DNA of 64,000 nt, taken from assembly GCF_009914755.1 (NCBI RefSeq), contig NC_060931.1. The stretch is one strand, 5' to 3'. A program made the translations under genes and the position numbers. Shown here piece by piece: positions 24,741 through 40,140 of this stretch. The notes below the pieces were generated by a model. That model was not told where the DNA came from and did not search any database. It saw nothing but the letters and a program-made list of their open reading frames with translations. The DNA is from the human T2T-CHM13v2.0 reference genome, Homo sapiens. Position 1 is the first letter of the stretch. Each line of letters begins with the position of its first letter.

Positions 24741-25779
24741 TGGGTGATTTCATGATACAATTATAGTAGCAGGTAGTACTAAAAAGAGGAACTATTTTCT
24801 CCTTATTTAAGAACTTTTTATAAGAGAACTCTAGTTTTTCAAAATTCTGTTTAAAATGGGCCACCCAGAACTGGACACACTCTTCTGTTGTTCGTTAGTG
24901 TTCGCCTTAGATGGCCCCACCTCTCTGTCCCCTCTCTCTAGCTATGTATATTTCTTTTCAACAGTCAGTTGTTAGATTGCTGTCCTTGATTGGTTTTCTG
25001 TTTTCAGTAGGCCAGTCCCCAGCTAAATTGGGTGACCAACTTGGCTAATGTCCAGTTTTATCTAAAGTGATGTTCCCTGTTTGCACAGATGACTTTTTAA
25101 AATCTCCTGCAAATGTGATCCCCTTTAGAGCCCTACCTGCATGGTTTGAATAGCCTCAGTAGCCAATTTCACAAACAAAAATGTAAGGTCTATGTGATGT
25201 AGAGTAATAAGATAAGAAACTATTTCCTACTTACAAACTACTTTGAAAAATTTTGAAAGATGAGTTTAAAATGTTTAAAACATTGGTAATACCAGCAGAG
25301 TCAGTAGGCATATTTGTAGGATACTTAGTATAAATTTTGGTGTATTTATTTTCTTAAAATAAATCACAGTGAAATCATATTATTGTATCTTATAAAATGC
25401 CTTACTCTGTTGAAAAGGCAGATTTATATTAAAAACCTACTAGCTGCATTTATATTAAAATTGTTCACCTTATTAACAGGTCAAACAATATATTCTTTTA
25501 AGAATTCACATTTTAACACTTGGGTTTCAGCTGATAAAACTTATATGCATTTGGGTATAATCTTAGATACCTACAAAACAGCACCAAGACAAAAATGGGC
25601 TCAATAATAATGAGAGAGCAAGTATTTTAAAGAAAACAGAATTTACTGACTTTTACCATGGTTAGGTTAAGTTAGGTTAAACTGTGGAAGGAAATTGTGC
25701 TGTCTCTCCCCTAAAAAGTTTAAGAGCAAATTATCATCTTGAATGGTTTAGTTATTCACATGACTGAAGTTAGGAACCA

Positions 25780-26460
25780 TTCCTTTTAACTTTTTATTTT
25801 GAAATAATTATAGATGTGTAAGGACTTGCAAAGATAGTACAGAGAGCTCTTTGTGCTCCTCACCTGGTTGCTCCTAATGGATATTGCTTATATAATTTAG
25901 TACACATCAAAATCAGAAAACTGACATTGGTACAATGTATATGTGTGGTTCTATGTCATTTTATGAACCTTCCTTGAACTCTTCTTACCCCACACTGTTT
26001 ATAACTGTCTTACATATTTCTTCTACACACATTAAGAATCACATTAGACAATATTATTTTTGTTTCAGCCATCAAACATAATTTAGAAAACTCAAAAGAA
26101 GACAGTCTATTGTGTTTACCCATATTTTTGCTTATGTTTTTTCTTCCTTCCTTTCCTTCCTGATGTTCTAATATTCTCTTATCACTTTTGTTTTTTTCAA
26201 CTTTCTTTACATATTCTTGAGGGTCGGTCTACTGGAGACAAATTCTCTTTATTATTTCAACTGAGAATGTCTTAATTTTTATCTTCATTTGCCAAGGATA
26301 ATTTTGCTGGATATAGAATTTGCAGTTGACAGCTCTTTTCTTTCAGCCCTTGAAAAATGTTCTATTGCTCCCTTCTGGTCCTCTTTAGTTTCTAATGAGA
26401 AATTCTGTCATTTGAGTTGGTTTCCCTGTTAGGTAAGATCTCATTTCTTTCTCAAGACAT
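25780..26460 (-). mobile_element. L1MC/MD-type fragments
   Basis: Antisense L1M 3'UTR (tttattttgaaataattataga...gcaaagatagtacagagag) joined to a 5'-region piece (aaggataattttgctggatatagaatt). Confidence 0.75.
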
Positions 26461-26680
26461 GCTAATAATCATAAGATTGGTTATTGTAATTCAAGCAGCT
26501 ACTATGTGCTTGGCATGGTGTATGCTGTCTCTAACCTTGAAACCCTCTATTATCTCTATTTTGTGGATAAAGAATCTGAAACTCATGCAAGTACATTAAC
26601 TTAGCTAAGGTCACACAATTTAGAAATGTTTGAGTTAAGGTATGAACCAAGGCTTGTGTGCATCTAAAATTTTTGCACTT
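26460..26680 (-). mobile_element. MIR
   Basis: ctactatgtgcttggcatggtg...taacttagctaaggtcacaca. Confidence 0.7.
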
Positions 26681-27499
26681 TATCATACAATTGCGGAAAG
26701 TTGGAGACAATCTTATAGTTGATAAGTTTTCTACCAGCATCTTACAGCAAAAATTACAATTTTTCTGCCAGTCCTTTCTTTGACTTTGAGTAGAATCTTA
26801 AAAAGACACTGTGTAAGAGCCACGAAACTTCCTTGCAGAAGCTGTATCATGCTAAATGTTTTGGATCAATTCAACTCAATTTAATAAGTCTCTGCTTTTA
26901 ATTTCATTTTCTCACCGTGCATTATAAAATAGCATTTGTAGAATAAGTTAATAATAATTTTAAGCAATACCTATTTTCAAACAAGACAAAATTATTATTC
27001 TATTTGAATTCAATCCCCAACAAATAACTAGTATCAAATCAGTGGTACTGCAAAGAATAGTTAATATCCAGGGTATTGTTTTAGCTGCAAGTGTTTGTGG
27101 ATTACTGAACAGTCAAGTGGGTTTGCTTTGAGATTATTGCTTTCCCATGTGTTTATTCTCTTCACAATCTTTTTCAGTTGTTGCCTGGTTCATCTTTTTA
27201 GACATCATGTAATTGGTAGAACAACAGTCAAGAAAAAGGTTGAAAAAAAATACAGATGAGTTCTCTGGAGATACGATGAAGCAATCTGAGTGAATCATGA
27301 TGTGCAGTGGGCTTTAGGTTTCTATTTTTGTGCAAGGGACCGATTATAGAGCTCTGAACTTGAAATCTTATTAAAATCTCTGAAGATGCAGTAGAATACA
27401 TCTCATTTAAGAAGTGTTCTCTAAGAGATTTATAATTCAGTATTGTTTATATATGTCTTAGTATATTAGATATTATTCATTAACCTATATTAGAGGAGA

Positions 27500-29030
<1,531 letters not shown>

Positions 29031-30029
29031 CATCAGTACTTTAAAAAAATATTTAAATGGTTACATTTTTCCCCAGCTTAACCCATTTTCAGTAAGGTAA
29101 TGACTTTTTAAAAGCAGGATTTAGTAAGTTGAAAAGGTTATTTCTCTTTGCTCAAATGTCAAATGCTACCTGTTACTCTCTATTGTTTCTGGCTAAAATT
29201 GCGAGCACAGGAAGGATTATTCCTGCGAACAAATTCACTAATCAGCTTGCAACCTAACAATTTTAAGACCCTGGGGAAAAAAGGGAAAGTTTGGGATATT
29301 TACTCATTTCTTCTGTAAAAGCAATAACATGTAAACATAGTGAAGAAAGGCATTTATGGAATCTAAGAAGGAAAGCTCTTTGCTTTTCACATACAGAGAA
29401 ATTAGGATTCATTGAGTCCTTTCTTTACAACATAAGCTCTGTAGGAATGGTTCTCCAAGTAAAGCTGTGTGTCACGTTTTGGGGCTAGGGGTACCTCAAA
29501 GCTGCACCTACAGAGAGATCTGAAGGCAAATTGCCGATTTCACACTTTTATTTTGGGCTCATCCTTTATGCCCTGCACAGAGCGATCAGATCCATACACA
29601 TCTTACTTTCATTCATTGTGGAAATAATGTCCTCAGGCTTGGTGGTACAAAATCGTGCTTTCTACAGTCTTCTGCTAGGAAATGTTTATTGGATTTAGCT
29701 GCCATTATACAAATGATGAAGGAGAGGCAAAGTAACTCCAGTATCTCTAGCCAGGAGTGGCTTGAAGAATTGTATCAGTTACAGATTTGAGAAGATTTGA
29801 CTATATGTTGAATTAGGTTAGATCATCTTTATAATTAGAAGTAGGCTTTTGGAGTACAAAGAATTCTTCTGTAAACACCTTGAATATTTAACAGGAAGGC
29901 CATAAGGAAATATAATGTGCTACATTCCTAGGATAGAATAACATGCAGCTATTAAATAGCACATTTTGTGAATATTTAATAGTAGCATTTAAACCCAAAA
30001 GACACTGAGCGGCAGAGACCTGTGTAACT

Positions 30030-31700
30030 AGTTTGTTCGTTCATTTCTTCATTCAGCCAATATTTACTGAACATCAGCTGTGCTTTCAGCATTTTGTGAG
30101 GCTCTGGGGAATAAAGATGAAGGGTGTAGTCTTTGCCCTCCTATAGCTTAGGAGCTAGTGGACACTCAGGTTACATCATTGCAGAACTGTTTATTAACAA
30201 TTAGCCACGTGTCCAGGATGCCATGAAAACGTAGAGGGGAACACACAAATCAGACTGGCTGTTGGGGGGTCGACGAGACTTCATGGAAGTGGTCACATCG
30301 GAGCTGCGCTCCAGAGGAAGAAAGGAATTAACCAGGCATAAAGGTTGAGGGTGGTTGGAGGGAGAGGAGCTTTCAACTAGGGGTGAATAGTAAATATAGA
30401 CACTGAAGAAAAATGGAAATGTGTGTGGTAAAGTCCGTTATTCTGTATAATTGGATCATATGTATGTGCACATGTGTTCATATTTATCGATATGTGAGAG
30501 ATGATGTATAGAGTTTGGTAATAGTGAGGAAGACCTCTTACCCCAAACTAAGGTGACTGGTTTTGTCTTGAAAGTGGGTTATAGTAAGTAGGGGAGTGGT
30601 CTCTTCACTGCTGTTTAGAAGGACTTCTCTGGACAAATGTGTGGATGAGGTATTATTAAGCCCAGGATCTTGAAGATGAGTAGAATGGTAGCATAATAAT
30701 CTGGGTGAGAAATGTTTGGGGCAGATAATAAAGTGGGATGTTTGAGAGAGATTTTAAGAAGTAGCAGTGCTAGCATTTGGGATATAAAGGAAGGGAAGGG
30801 GTCTAGGATGATACGTAGATTTCTAGTTTGGAACAAGTAGACTTGCAGGGATTTGGTTTATGAAAACGAGGGGAGGAATGAGTTTGGGAATGGGAAGCTA
30901 GTGAGTTCTGTTTTAGACTTAAATGTTTGGAGGCTTTTAGGGTTTTGTGGGGACAAATGAAGATCTTTATTGGTTGGCTGAATAGATCTGACCTTAGCTC
31001 ATGTGAAAAGAGTTGGAGATTTTGACATTATCAGTGTATATAGGTGGTATTTTAGTCATGGGAGTATATGAAATTGCATAGATGGAATAATTGCATGAAG
31101 AGAGAAGAGGGATGAAGATGGAGACATCTAAGATGTAGGCAAAGGATCACAAGAAGACACTGAGAAGGAATGGCAGGAGACATAGGAAGAAAATAGGAAG
31201 AGAGGAGTTTTGCGGAAGCCAAAGGAGGAGAAAGTTTCATAAAGGAAACGATAGTCATTGCAGTCAGATGGCACAGAGATTTCACATCAGCTCATCCTCA
31301 AACCTGTCTCCTGGGTTTGGCAATAAAGAGGTCATCAGTGGCTCAGGCAAGAGAATGGGAGGCAAAGTGAGAGGAGTTTATAGGTTGGCTGCTAAGTGGA
31401 TGATACAGTAGCTGGGAGATGATGTAGGGCTGAGCGAGGGTGTGGGTATGTAAGATGAACAAGACGTGAGCAATGTCCTAAATCTAGGGATGGGGGAGAG
31501 GGTGAAAATATAGGAGAAAGGGGTAATTGTTGTGAAGTTCCAAGAGACAAGCCCGGAGTTCCAGGAAAAATAGGGACCGCTTTCCCACTGAGTCTGGAGA
31601 GAGGAAGGAACGTTTTAGGATTTAAGGCACAGGCAAGTTTGAGGTAGGGCAGAGTAGGCCAGGGAAGAATGCGAATAGCTGCGTTTTTGTTTGTGAATTA
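30030..31700 (-). mobile_element. Long L2 remnant
   Basis: Begins with the antisense L2 3' end (ttcattcagccaatatttactgaacatc); purine-rich L2 body follows. Confidence 0.75.
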
Positions 31701-33197
31701 AAGGGTACATTCTGAGGAAATGGAGGGAAGAGAGAGGGTCAGGGGACTTGGACACGGGGAAGGGAGCTGCCTTGCACTGAGGCCTCTGCAGATGATCACA
31801 CTGCATCAATGTGATCAAAATGACGTCAGTGTTATCAGCAGTAGAATCAGAAACAAGTCGATTTCATCTAATTTCCATTATCTTTCACTATGTGAGATAT
31901 TTTTATCCTGAGGATTTACATGTAACATAGGACTGAGTGATTTACTGAAATTTAAGCTACAGCCAATATTTGATTAACAATACAGGTATGAAATTAAACA
32001 GTACTGTCGGCCACCAGGGGTTCTACTCTGCGTGATCACTTTCCATTTTGCTCTCCTTCAAAACGTCCACATTTTTTCTCTCAGTCATAAACATTTAAAA
32101 ACCAACTGTACTGGGCCAATCAAACTAGTGTAGTAAGTGAAAGACTTAGAGAAGTGTATGCAGGTGGTGTTGGGCAATTGCAAAGAGACTAGCCTCCAAA
32201 TGGGAGTGTTAGCATAGCACGCAGGCTTCTCTCCTTATGAGCTCTGACTCCAATATTGACTCTTTTTTGTATACAGAAAACATAATCTGTTCAGAACTCA
32301 TTACAGTGAAGGAACTTGTATTTTAAAAACAGAGATAGAGAACTAAATTTGTATTGAGTTAAATTGTATAAATTCTTTAAGGATTTCAAGGGTAAGCCGA
32401 CTCACATGATTAAAGTAAGTTATGAGCATTTTTGTTTATCTGTTCAGTGTGTTTGGGGCTTTTGTCGTGTCAGCTTTCTTTAGGACAGGTAGAATTTTAT
32501 CTAACCTCTTAAGAACAAGTGGTTATTTTCTCAAGGACTCTAGGATGGTGCTAGATACCCCAGATTCTTAGGTGCTGGCTTTATGTGTTGCCTTTGCTAA
32601 GCACTTGGTTGCTTTCTGCCACTCTTTGGAAGCAGGTGATTGATACTAGAAACTGACAGGTTGTGAGTGATGTACCCTTCCATTAAAAACAGATATACTA
32701 ATTTGCTTTTCAATTGTAGAGAGCCTCTTACTATAAACATCCCTGTAATAAAGGTAACCTTATAATTAGTATGTCAAAAAAGCAAGAAAGTTATGATGAA
32801 CATGCATTAATAACAAATCAAAACCTTTACTAATAAAATGTCACATTGAGAGGACTTAATTTTGTGTACACTTTCATACTAATATAAGGCACTCTTACTA
32901 ATAGTGAAAGATGGAAATATTTGCCAACCAGCTATGTTATAGAAGAACTTCCTACAATATTGTCCTATGTACGGTGACATTTAGAATTCAAGGAAATATA
33001 CATAGTCATTGACTTTGTGTGGAATTTCCCTCCCCTCCTCCACCACCCTGTTAGAAATCCCCGCTGTTGACTGTTTCCAGAAGTCTTGCAGGGTGTTGTG
33101 ATAAGAGTCCAATTCCTCTTCCCATTCCTGCCTAGGTCATCTCTTTCTTCCCTCCCTCCTTTTGTTCTGTGATTCTTTGTTTTATTTTTCACCACAG

Positions 33198-33404
33198 AAC
33201 ATACTTCATTATGCTGCCCCTGTTAAAATCAGTTACCCTATTCCACCTGATTCATCCTTGAGAAAACTACTCATGGCCATTGTGGGTTTTAATGCCACTG
33301 CCATCCCCGTCTTGCCATTGCCTCCTCAGCTCTGTCCTGCTACCACGATAGAGTGGACCCTGTGTCACAGCACCATTGGTACCCATCCTGCCACTGGTGT
33401 CTAG
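33198..33404 (+). other. Candidate exon with a 68-codon open frame
   Basis: Long pyrimidine tract 33111-33193 ending CACAG|; phase-0 frame NILHYAAPV...PATGV*. Confidence 0.25.
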
Positions 33405-33617
33405 AACTTTGAGCAGTTTAACCCCCCCCGGTTTTCCAACTCTTTCCCTCACCAACTTGTGAAGCCTCTGAACTGGTATCTGAGCAGAGCCAGTGCCTTG
33501 CACTGTGGGAGTTTCCTGTCCTAATGCTTAAACAATGGCTCTAGAACTTGGCTGGGCATGAGGAACATCACTGGCTTGTAAGGGATGCAGAGCCCTGGTC
33601 CCCTGAATAAGTTGCCC

Positions 33618-33960
33618 TGGTGGGCCAAATAATGTTATTCCTCACATTTGGTATCCACATCAAATCCCTGGAACCTGTGAATGTGACCATTTGGACAAAG
33701 GGTCTTCGCAGATGTAATTAAATTCAGGATCTTGAGATGAAGAGATTATCCTGGATTATCTGGTGGACCCTAAATGCCAGTACAAATATCCATATGAGAG
33801 AGAGACACAGAGGGAGGGGAAGAAAGGAGAGGAGGCACTGTGACTGCAGGCAGAGATTGCAGTGGCGACCACACAGGAAGGAATGCCGACAGCTGCCTAC
33901 TGTAAGAGGCAAGGAGCAGATTTCCCCTTAGAGCCTCCAGAGGGAGAGCAGCCTGGAACT
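33618..33960 (+). mobile_element. MLT1C/D-type MaLR LTR
   Basis: ccctggaacctgtgaatgtgacc...gcagatgtaattaa...gagattatcctggattatc...ctagagcctccagaggga. Confidence 0.85.
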
Positions 33961-34150
33961 TCTGGGCTCAAACCATCCTCTTGCCACAGTCTCTCCACTC
34001 ACTGGCACTACAGGTGCACCACCATGTCTGGCTAATTTTTTTTTTACTTTTCATAGAAACAGGGTCTTGCTATATTGCCCAGGCTGGTCTCAAGCGATCC
34101 TCCTGGACTCAAATGATCTCCTGGACTCAAGTGATCCTCCTGCCTTGGCA
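33955..34150 (-). mobile_element. AluJ fragment with an internal triplication of about 19 bp
   Basis: Partial antisense Alu; ctcaaNNgatc(c)tcctg occurs three times at about 34088-34142. Confidence 0.8.
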
Positions 34151-34619
34151 GTATTTTTTTTAATGGCACTGAGAGACAGTATTATTTCCTCCCGGCACAT
34201 TTGGATTGACTGTTAAGTAATCACATTCATTTCCTGGTTTTGATACAACGTACGACTGGTTTTGTAGGAGAAAAAGAATTGGGAAGTTTTAGGAATTAGA
34301 AGTTATGTAGATTTTTAAACATTGAGAACTTTGTCATTTTCATTAAAAGGCTAACTTTTTTGTTATAACTTATTTCCTATTCACAGTACATCACCAGCTG
34401 CTTTTTTACTTATATAAACTTGGACCCGAGATCAATTGGTTGCCTGCTTACTCATTCTATAAAAATTTGGAGGCACCATACAGTAAGAATACATAAAAAT
34501 AATTTACATCAAGGAAAACCAGGTCCACAAATAAAATCGATACAGCTAGATTATGAAAATCAACTCACTTTCTAGAGTTTCATCTTTATCATTCATTTTA
34601 ATGTTACGTTTTTTCAGTT

Positions 34620-34677
34620 TTCCCATTTAAAAATGAACTTTTATTAATGCATTTCGATTTTTTCGTGTTCCCCAAGA

Positions 34678-34721
<44 letters not shown>

Positions 34722-37700
34722 GTACATTTAAGTCTATGCAATTCTGTTACAGGTGTGGGTTTGTGTTTCCACAGTCAAGATAAAAAATAGTTGCATTACT
34801 GCAAGAGTCCCTTGGGTTGTCCTTTCATAACTATCCCTTCCCAATCTCTGATCAGCTGCAATAACACATTTGTTTTCCGTTTCTATAATACGGTATGTAA
34901 CCTTTTGGGATTTGCTGCTTTACTCAGCATAATTCTCTTGGAAATAATCTGATTTGTTGTGTTTATCAACAGTTAATTCATTTTTATTGCTCAGGAGTAT
35001 TTCATGATATGGAATATACCATGGTTTGACTGTTAGCCCTTTGGAGGACATCTAGGTTACTTTCAGTTGTTGAGCTGCTGTGAAAATTTCCATGCAGGTT
35101 TTTGTGCAGACATCACTTTCCATTTCTCTAGGATCTGTGCCCAAGTGTGTAATTGCTGGGTTGTATAGTAATTGTGTTCAGTATTATAAGAAACTGCCAA
35201 ACTATTTTCCAGAGTGACTGTACCATTTTACTATTTCACCAGTGCTTGAGTGGTACCGTTTCTCTGTATCCTTGCCTGCATTTGGTGTTATCCTTATTTT
35301 TTTATTTTAGATACTCTGATAGGTATGCAGTGATATCTTGTGGCTTTAATTCACATTTTTGTAATGGCTACTGGTGTTGGATATCATATGATATCTGTTC
35401 GTGTCATTTGTCCATTTTGTAATTGGATTTTTGTTTTTTTTTTACTGTTGAGTTTTAAAAATATATATTCTAGATACTTGTTCTTTGCTGGATATGTGGG
35501 TTGCAGATATTTTCTCTCAGTCTGTAGCTTGTCTCTTCATCATCTTACGAGGGTTTTCACAAAGCAAAATTTTAAGTTTTGATAGATCTAATCAATTTTT
35601 TCTATATGGATTTGCTTTTAGAGTCAATTCTAAGAACTCTTTACCTACCATTAGTTCCTGAAGATTTTCTTTCCTTTTTTTTTTTTTCTAAAAGTTCTAT
35701 AGTTTTAAGCATTACATATAAGTGACTCATTTCAAGTTCATTTTCTATAAATGTGAGACTTGGGTGGAGATTCATTTTTCTTTTTAATTGTTCAATGGAT
35801 GCCTATTATGCCAGCACTGTATGTTGAAAAGACCATTCTTGCCCTGAATTGCTTTTTCATCCGTGTAAAAAATTAGCTGGGCATCTTACTGTGTGTCTTT
35901 CTGGCTTCTCTACTCTGTTCCATTGATCTGTGTGACTCTTCCTCCCCCGATACCACACAGTTTTGATTATGGAGCTATATGGTAGGCCTTAGTATTGGAT
36001 AGAGTGATTCTTCTCACTTTATTCTCTGTCAAGATTGTTTTAGCTATTCTAGGTTCTTTGCCTTTTCATATAAATTTTTAAATAGTCTTATCTGTGTCTG
36101 TAAAAAAACTTTGCTGAGATTTTGATAGGAATTGTGTTAAGCCAATAGATCAATTTGGCGAGGAGTTGACATTCTATAAGGTGACATTCTATGCATATAA
36201 GTTGACATTCTATGCTTAGTCACAAATTCTTTCAGTTTTCCTTGTCTTAGAATGTTCTTATTTGTTGTTCATTCCTCAAGGGTGATTTCACTGATGTAGA
36301 ATTCATGGTTGACAGTCCTTTTCTTTCAGCACTTGAAAAATGTGTTGAAAACCTTCTGGTCTCCATGGTTTCTGTTGAGAAGTCTGCTATTATTTGAATT
36401 GTTATTCCTCTATAAGTACAGTGTTGTTTTTCTCACTGATTTCAAGATCTTTTTCTTCAGTTTTTATTAATTTGTCTTGCTGTGTTTTTCCTTGAGTTTA
36501 TTTTGTTTGGGCTTCACTCAGCTTCTTGAATCTGTAGATTTATGTCTTTTGCTAAATTTGGGAAATATTTAGCCATCATTTCTTTAAATATTCTTTCAGC
36601 CCCAGCAACTTTCTCCTCTGCTTTTGAAGCTCTACTGACATAAATGTTGGATCTTTTGCTTTTGTATTACAGGCTCTGAGGTTCAGTCATTTTTCTCCCA
36701 GTCTGTTTTCTCTCTGTTGTTGCTGGTCAATTCCATTGCTCTATCTTCAAGTTCACTGATTTTATGCTTTGTTATCTGCATTCTCTTATTGAGCTCATTC
36801 AGTGAGTTTATCTTTCAGTTATTGTATTTTTCAGTTCTTTAACTTTCATTTGTTTTTAAAAAAATAACTTCTAGTTCTAGATTTTTTTGTTTTATTTTTT
36901 TCCGAGAGAATACATAGTTGCTTGTTGATGTATTTTTGTGATGGCTGCTTTAAAATCCTTGTCAGATAATTCCAACATATGTCTCTTCTTGGTGCTGGCA
37001 TCAGCTGCTAGCTTTTTCTCACTCAAGTTGTGATTCCCCTAGGTTTGGTTGTGATGTGTGACTTTGAAGTGTCTCTTGGACATTTTGGCTGTTATGTTAG
37101 GAGACTCTTGGTCCTACTTAAACCTGTTATTTTAGCTGACAGCCCCCTTAGTTAGGTTTAGCACTCAGGTTCTGGCCTGCTTTTGTGGGTGGTTCCAATG
37201 AGACCTCAATTTTAGAGCGTTTGTCTTGCTGTTTGGGTGTCTTTTGTTCATCTGCTGCCGATAGGACTCCCCCGATCCTTGCAGGTGCCTCTCAAGGGTG
37301 CACAAGGTGCTTCCGCAGTCCTGGCTGCCTGGGAACTTTAATGGGGGAAGGGAGTCTGGAAAGAAGTGCTTCTGACCACTGTTGTCAGTGCGGTTCTCTG
37401 TTGTCCGCTTTTCTGGTGCCACTGTGCTTACTTGGGTGTCGTTACTGGGATTCTGTTTGGTCCGGGCAAGGAGTGAGCCTGCCTTAGCTGCTGCCTTTGG
37501 TTGTTTGTAGGTCAGGAAACACGGGGCCTGGTTTGCTTTCTTCCCTTAGGTGAGGTTCATAAGATGCCCTGCCATTACGTTGTCCCTTCAGTCTTGGCCT
37601 TCCTAACCAGTTAGTTTGCCTCTTTCCACCTTTCTTCTTGCAGGAAGAAAATTTAACTTTTTTTTCTGATTCTTGTGCCTTTCCCGAGCCAATCCCCACA

Positions 37701-39480
37701 GACACTATACACAATGTCTTCTTATCTCCCTTTACCTTCCCACTGTCACAACTTGTGGTTCAATCATAATGTGGTGTGTACATCCTTATGACTATTAATT
37801 ATTGGTCATAGCTGACCCATACAGCATACGATGAGGATAGCTCCTCTCTTTCCAGGTTTCTGTTTTGCCTGGTTGGATTCTATGTATTTATGATTAGCTC
37901 ATCTCTAAACTGTATGAATTTCAGCTTAATATGGCCAAACTTGTTGACTGGCTTATTATTTCCTTTTCCTTTTCTTCCTGGAGATCTTCCTCTAAGAGCT
38001 ACACATCAGTATGAGCTGATTGTTCTCTGGGTCTTCCAGACAGCTCTCATCTTGGCACCTCACACCACCACCTTCTCCCTGTCTCCTTTGTTGTTACCCT
38101 GATTCCTTGGACTCCATGTCTCTCTCTCTTTCTGGTTTTACTTGTTTATTGGAGCACACCTTCTGGGAGTTTCCTGAGAATGCATGTGTAAGAAGTAAAT
38201 GTTTAGACACTTTTGATCTTTGGAAATGTCTATATTTTACTCTCACACTTGTCTAGGTAAAAAGTTCTTGGTTGAAAACCATTTTCCTTGAGAATTTTAT
38301 ATTGCCCTTTGCCTTATAGCCTCCAGTGATTCTCTTGACAATGGAAGTGACACTTGGATTCTTTTTTGTGTGTGTGTGTTTTTCCCTGTTGGAATACTCT
38401 TACTTGTCTTTTTCTTTGATGGTTTGAAATTTTGCATTGATATTCATTGATGTGGCATGGTGGCCTTGATCTGGGTCTTGGTGGGTTATTTAATCTGGAA
38501 ACTAATGTTTTTCTTTTGTGGGAAAATATATTATTTTCCCAGAAAGAAGTAATAAAATTATTTCTTTCCCCTGTTGTCTCTCTTTTCTCTTTCTGAAATT
38601 CATTTAGGATATAAGCTCTAAAAGTAGAGGGATTTTTGTCTATCCTAAGTGCCTAGAGCACTGTTTCCATAGAGTAGGTCCATATAATACATGTATTGCA
38701 CAGATGAATAAATGAACTCCTTCTATGTGGCTGTTAAGTCTCCTGGATTTATCTTCAAATTTGTTTCCCTCTTTTATTGCTCAGTTCTTTTTCAGGCCAT
38801 CTACCCCCTTTTTTCTTCAGAATTTTTTTTTTTGTACTTTTTTGTACCTTTTCTAAGGTAACAGTTGTGGCAAGAAACAGAACCATCTACAAGTATACAA
38901 CCTACCTGGAATGGATTTTTACAATTCCAGAGTAGGAGGTAGATAGAGGTCATGATTTATTGTTTTCTATATAAATGTCTGTTTGATGCAGCATCATTAT
39001 AATTAACATAATCATCCTTTCTCCAGTGCAGCGCAGTGTCACCTTTGTCCTAAATTGAGTGACTTTGTAGGACTCTTTCTACTTGCTCCAGGAAATACAG
39101 ATTACGTTTCATTGGTCTGTTTTGTCTACCTATGCACCATTATCACCGTATCTTAATTACCGTAGTTTTACAAATAGTCTTTATGTTTGGTAATGAAAGT
39201 GCTCTAAATTCATTGTTCAGGATTGTCTTGATCATTATTTAATGGGGGAAAGAGTTTTAAGTTTCCATGTAAAGTTTCCATGTAAACTTGTAGAATCAAT
39301 TGTCAAATGACATACACGTAAACACAGACCAAAAAACTCTGCTCAGATTTCGAATGAGATTGCATTAAATCTATAGATTGACCTGGGACAATTGACATCG
39401 TTATAGTATTGTATTTTCTAACCTATGATTTTTGTGTATTCTTTTTGTTGTAACTCTTGCATTTTATCTGAAATTGCATG
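34620..39480 (-). mobile_element. Mosaic of old L1 (L1MC/L1M) segments
   Basis: Antisense 3'UTR/ORF2 at 34620-36170 (aagaaactgccaaactattttccagagtg), ORF1/5' region at 36220-37640, further L1/HAL1-like pieces to 39480; L2 3' end at about 38605-38715. Confidence 0.8.
34680..34717. repeat. (TG)n microsatellite, about 19 units
   Basis: Perfect dinucleotide run. Confidence 0.97.
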
Positions 39481-39689
39481 AGAAGTTTTGTCTATTCTTT
39501 GAAGTACCTTGTTCATTTCATAGGAATTTGGTACTGTATTTGTAGTACCTTTTTATACTCCTCTTTATGTAAGGTATGCTTTCAGTTGTCATACTTTTTG
39601 TATGGCTCATCACTTTTAAATGTTGCTGGTTTCAAATGACTTGAAATGCACAAATCGTTTGCTGTTTATGTATTAGTTTTTAACATTAT

Positions 39690-40140
39690 CTGATGTTGAC
39701 AGGCAGTCGATATAGTGCTGGATGTAGCCACTCCCCAGTGCCATGAAGAACCCAGTTTCTGCCTGCCTTTCTGCTTCTCCTTCCTTAATGTGTTAATTTT
39801 TGTTCTGTGCTTTTGCCTTATAGTTGAAGCATCACTTTCCTGTTTCAAGAAGGAAGTGGGGAGGAGGACAAAGGGACAAAGGAGATGTCTGTAGAATGTA
39901 TTGGCTCTCTTTTTTAAAATCAGGGAAGAAAATGCTTTTCTAAGTCCCCACCCCATAAATTGCTTCGTCGCATATTGTTGGGAAGACCTTGGTCACATGA
40001 ACCTCCTGGTCGATCATGAATCAAGGGTAGTGAGATGGCTCCACTTGGTTTAGACCAGTTGTGATCCATGTCCTTGGCCTGGGGTAGGGGCCTTCCCTTC
40101 CTCTCCAGTACTGTTTGAACTGATTGGGATTCCTTGAATA
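39690..40140 (-). mobile_element. Old MLT1 (J/K/L-like) LTR remnant
   Basis: gaacccagtttctgcctgcctttctgcttc...ggtcacatg...ttggtttagaccag. Confidence 0.55.
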
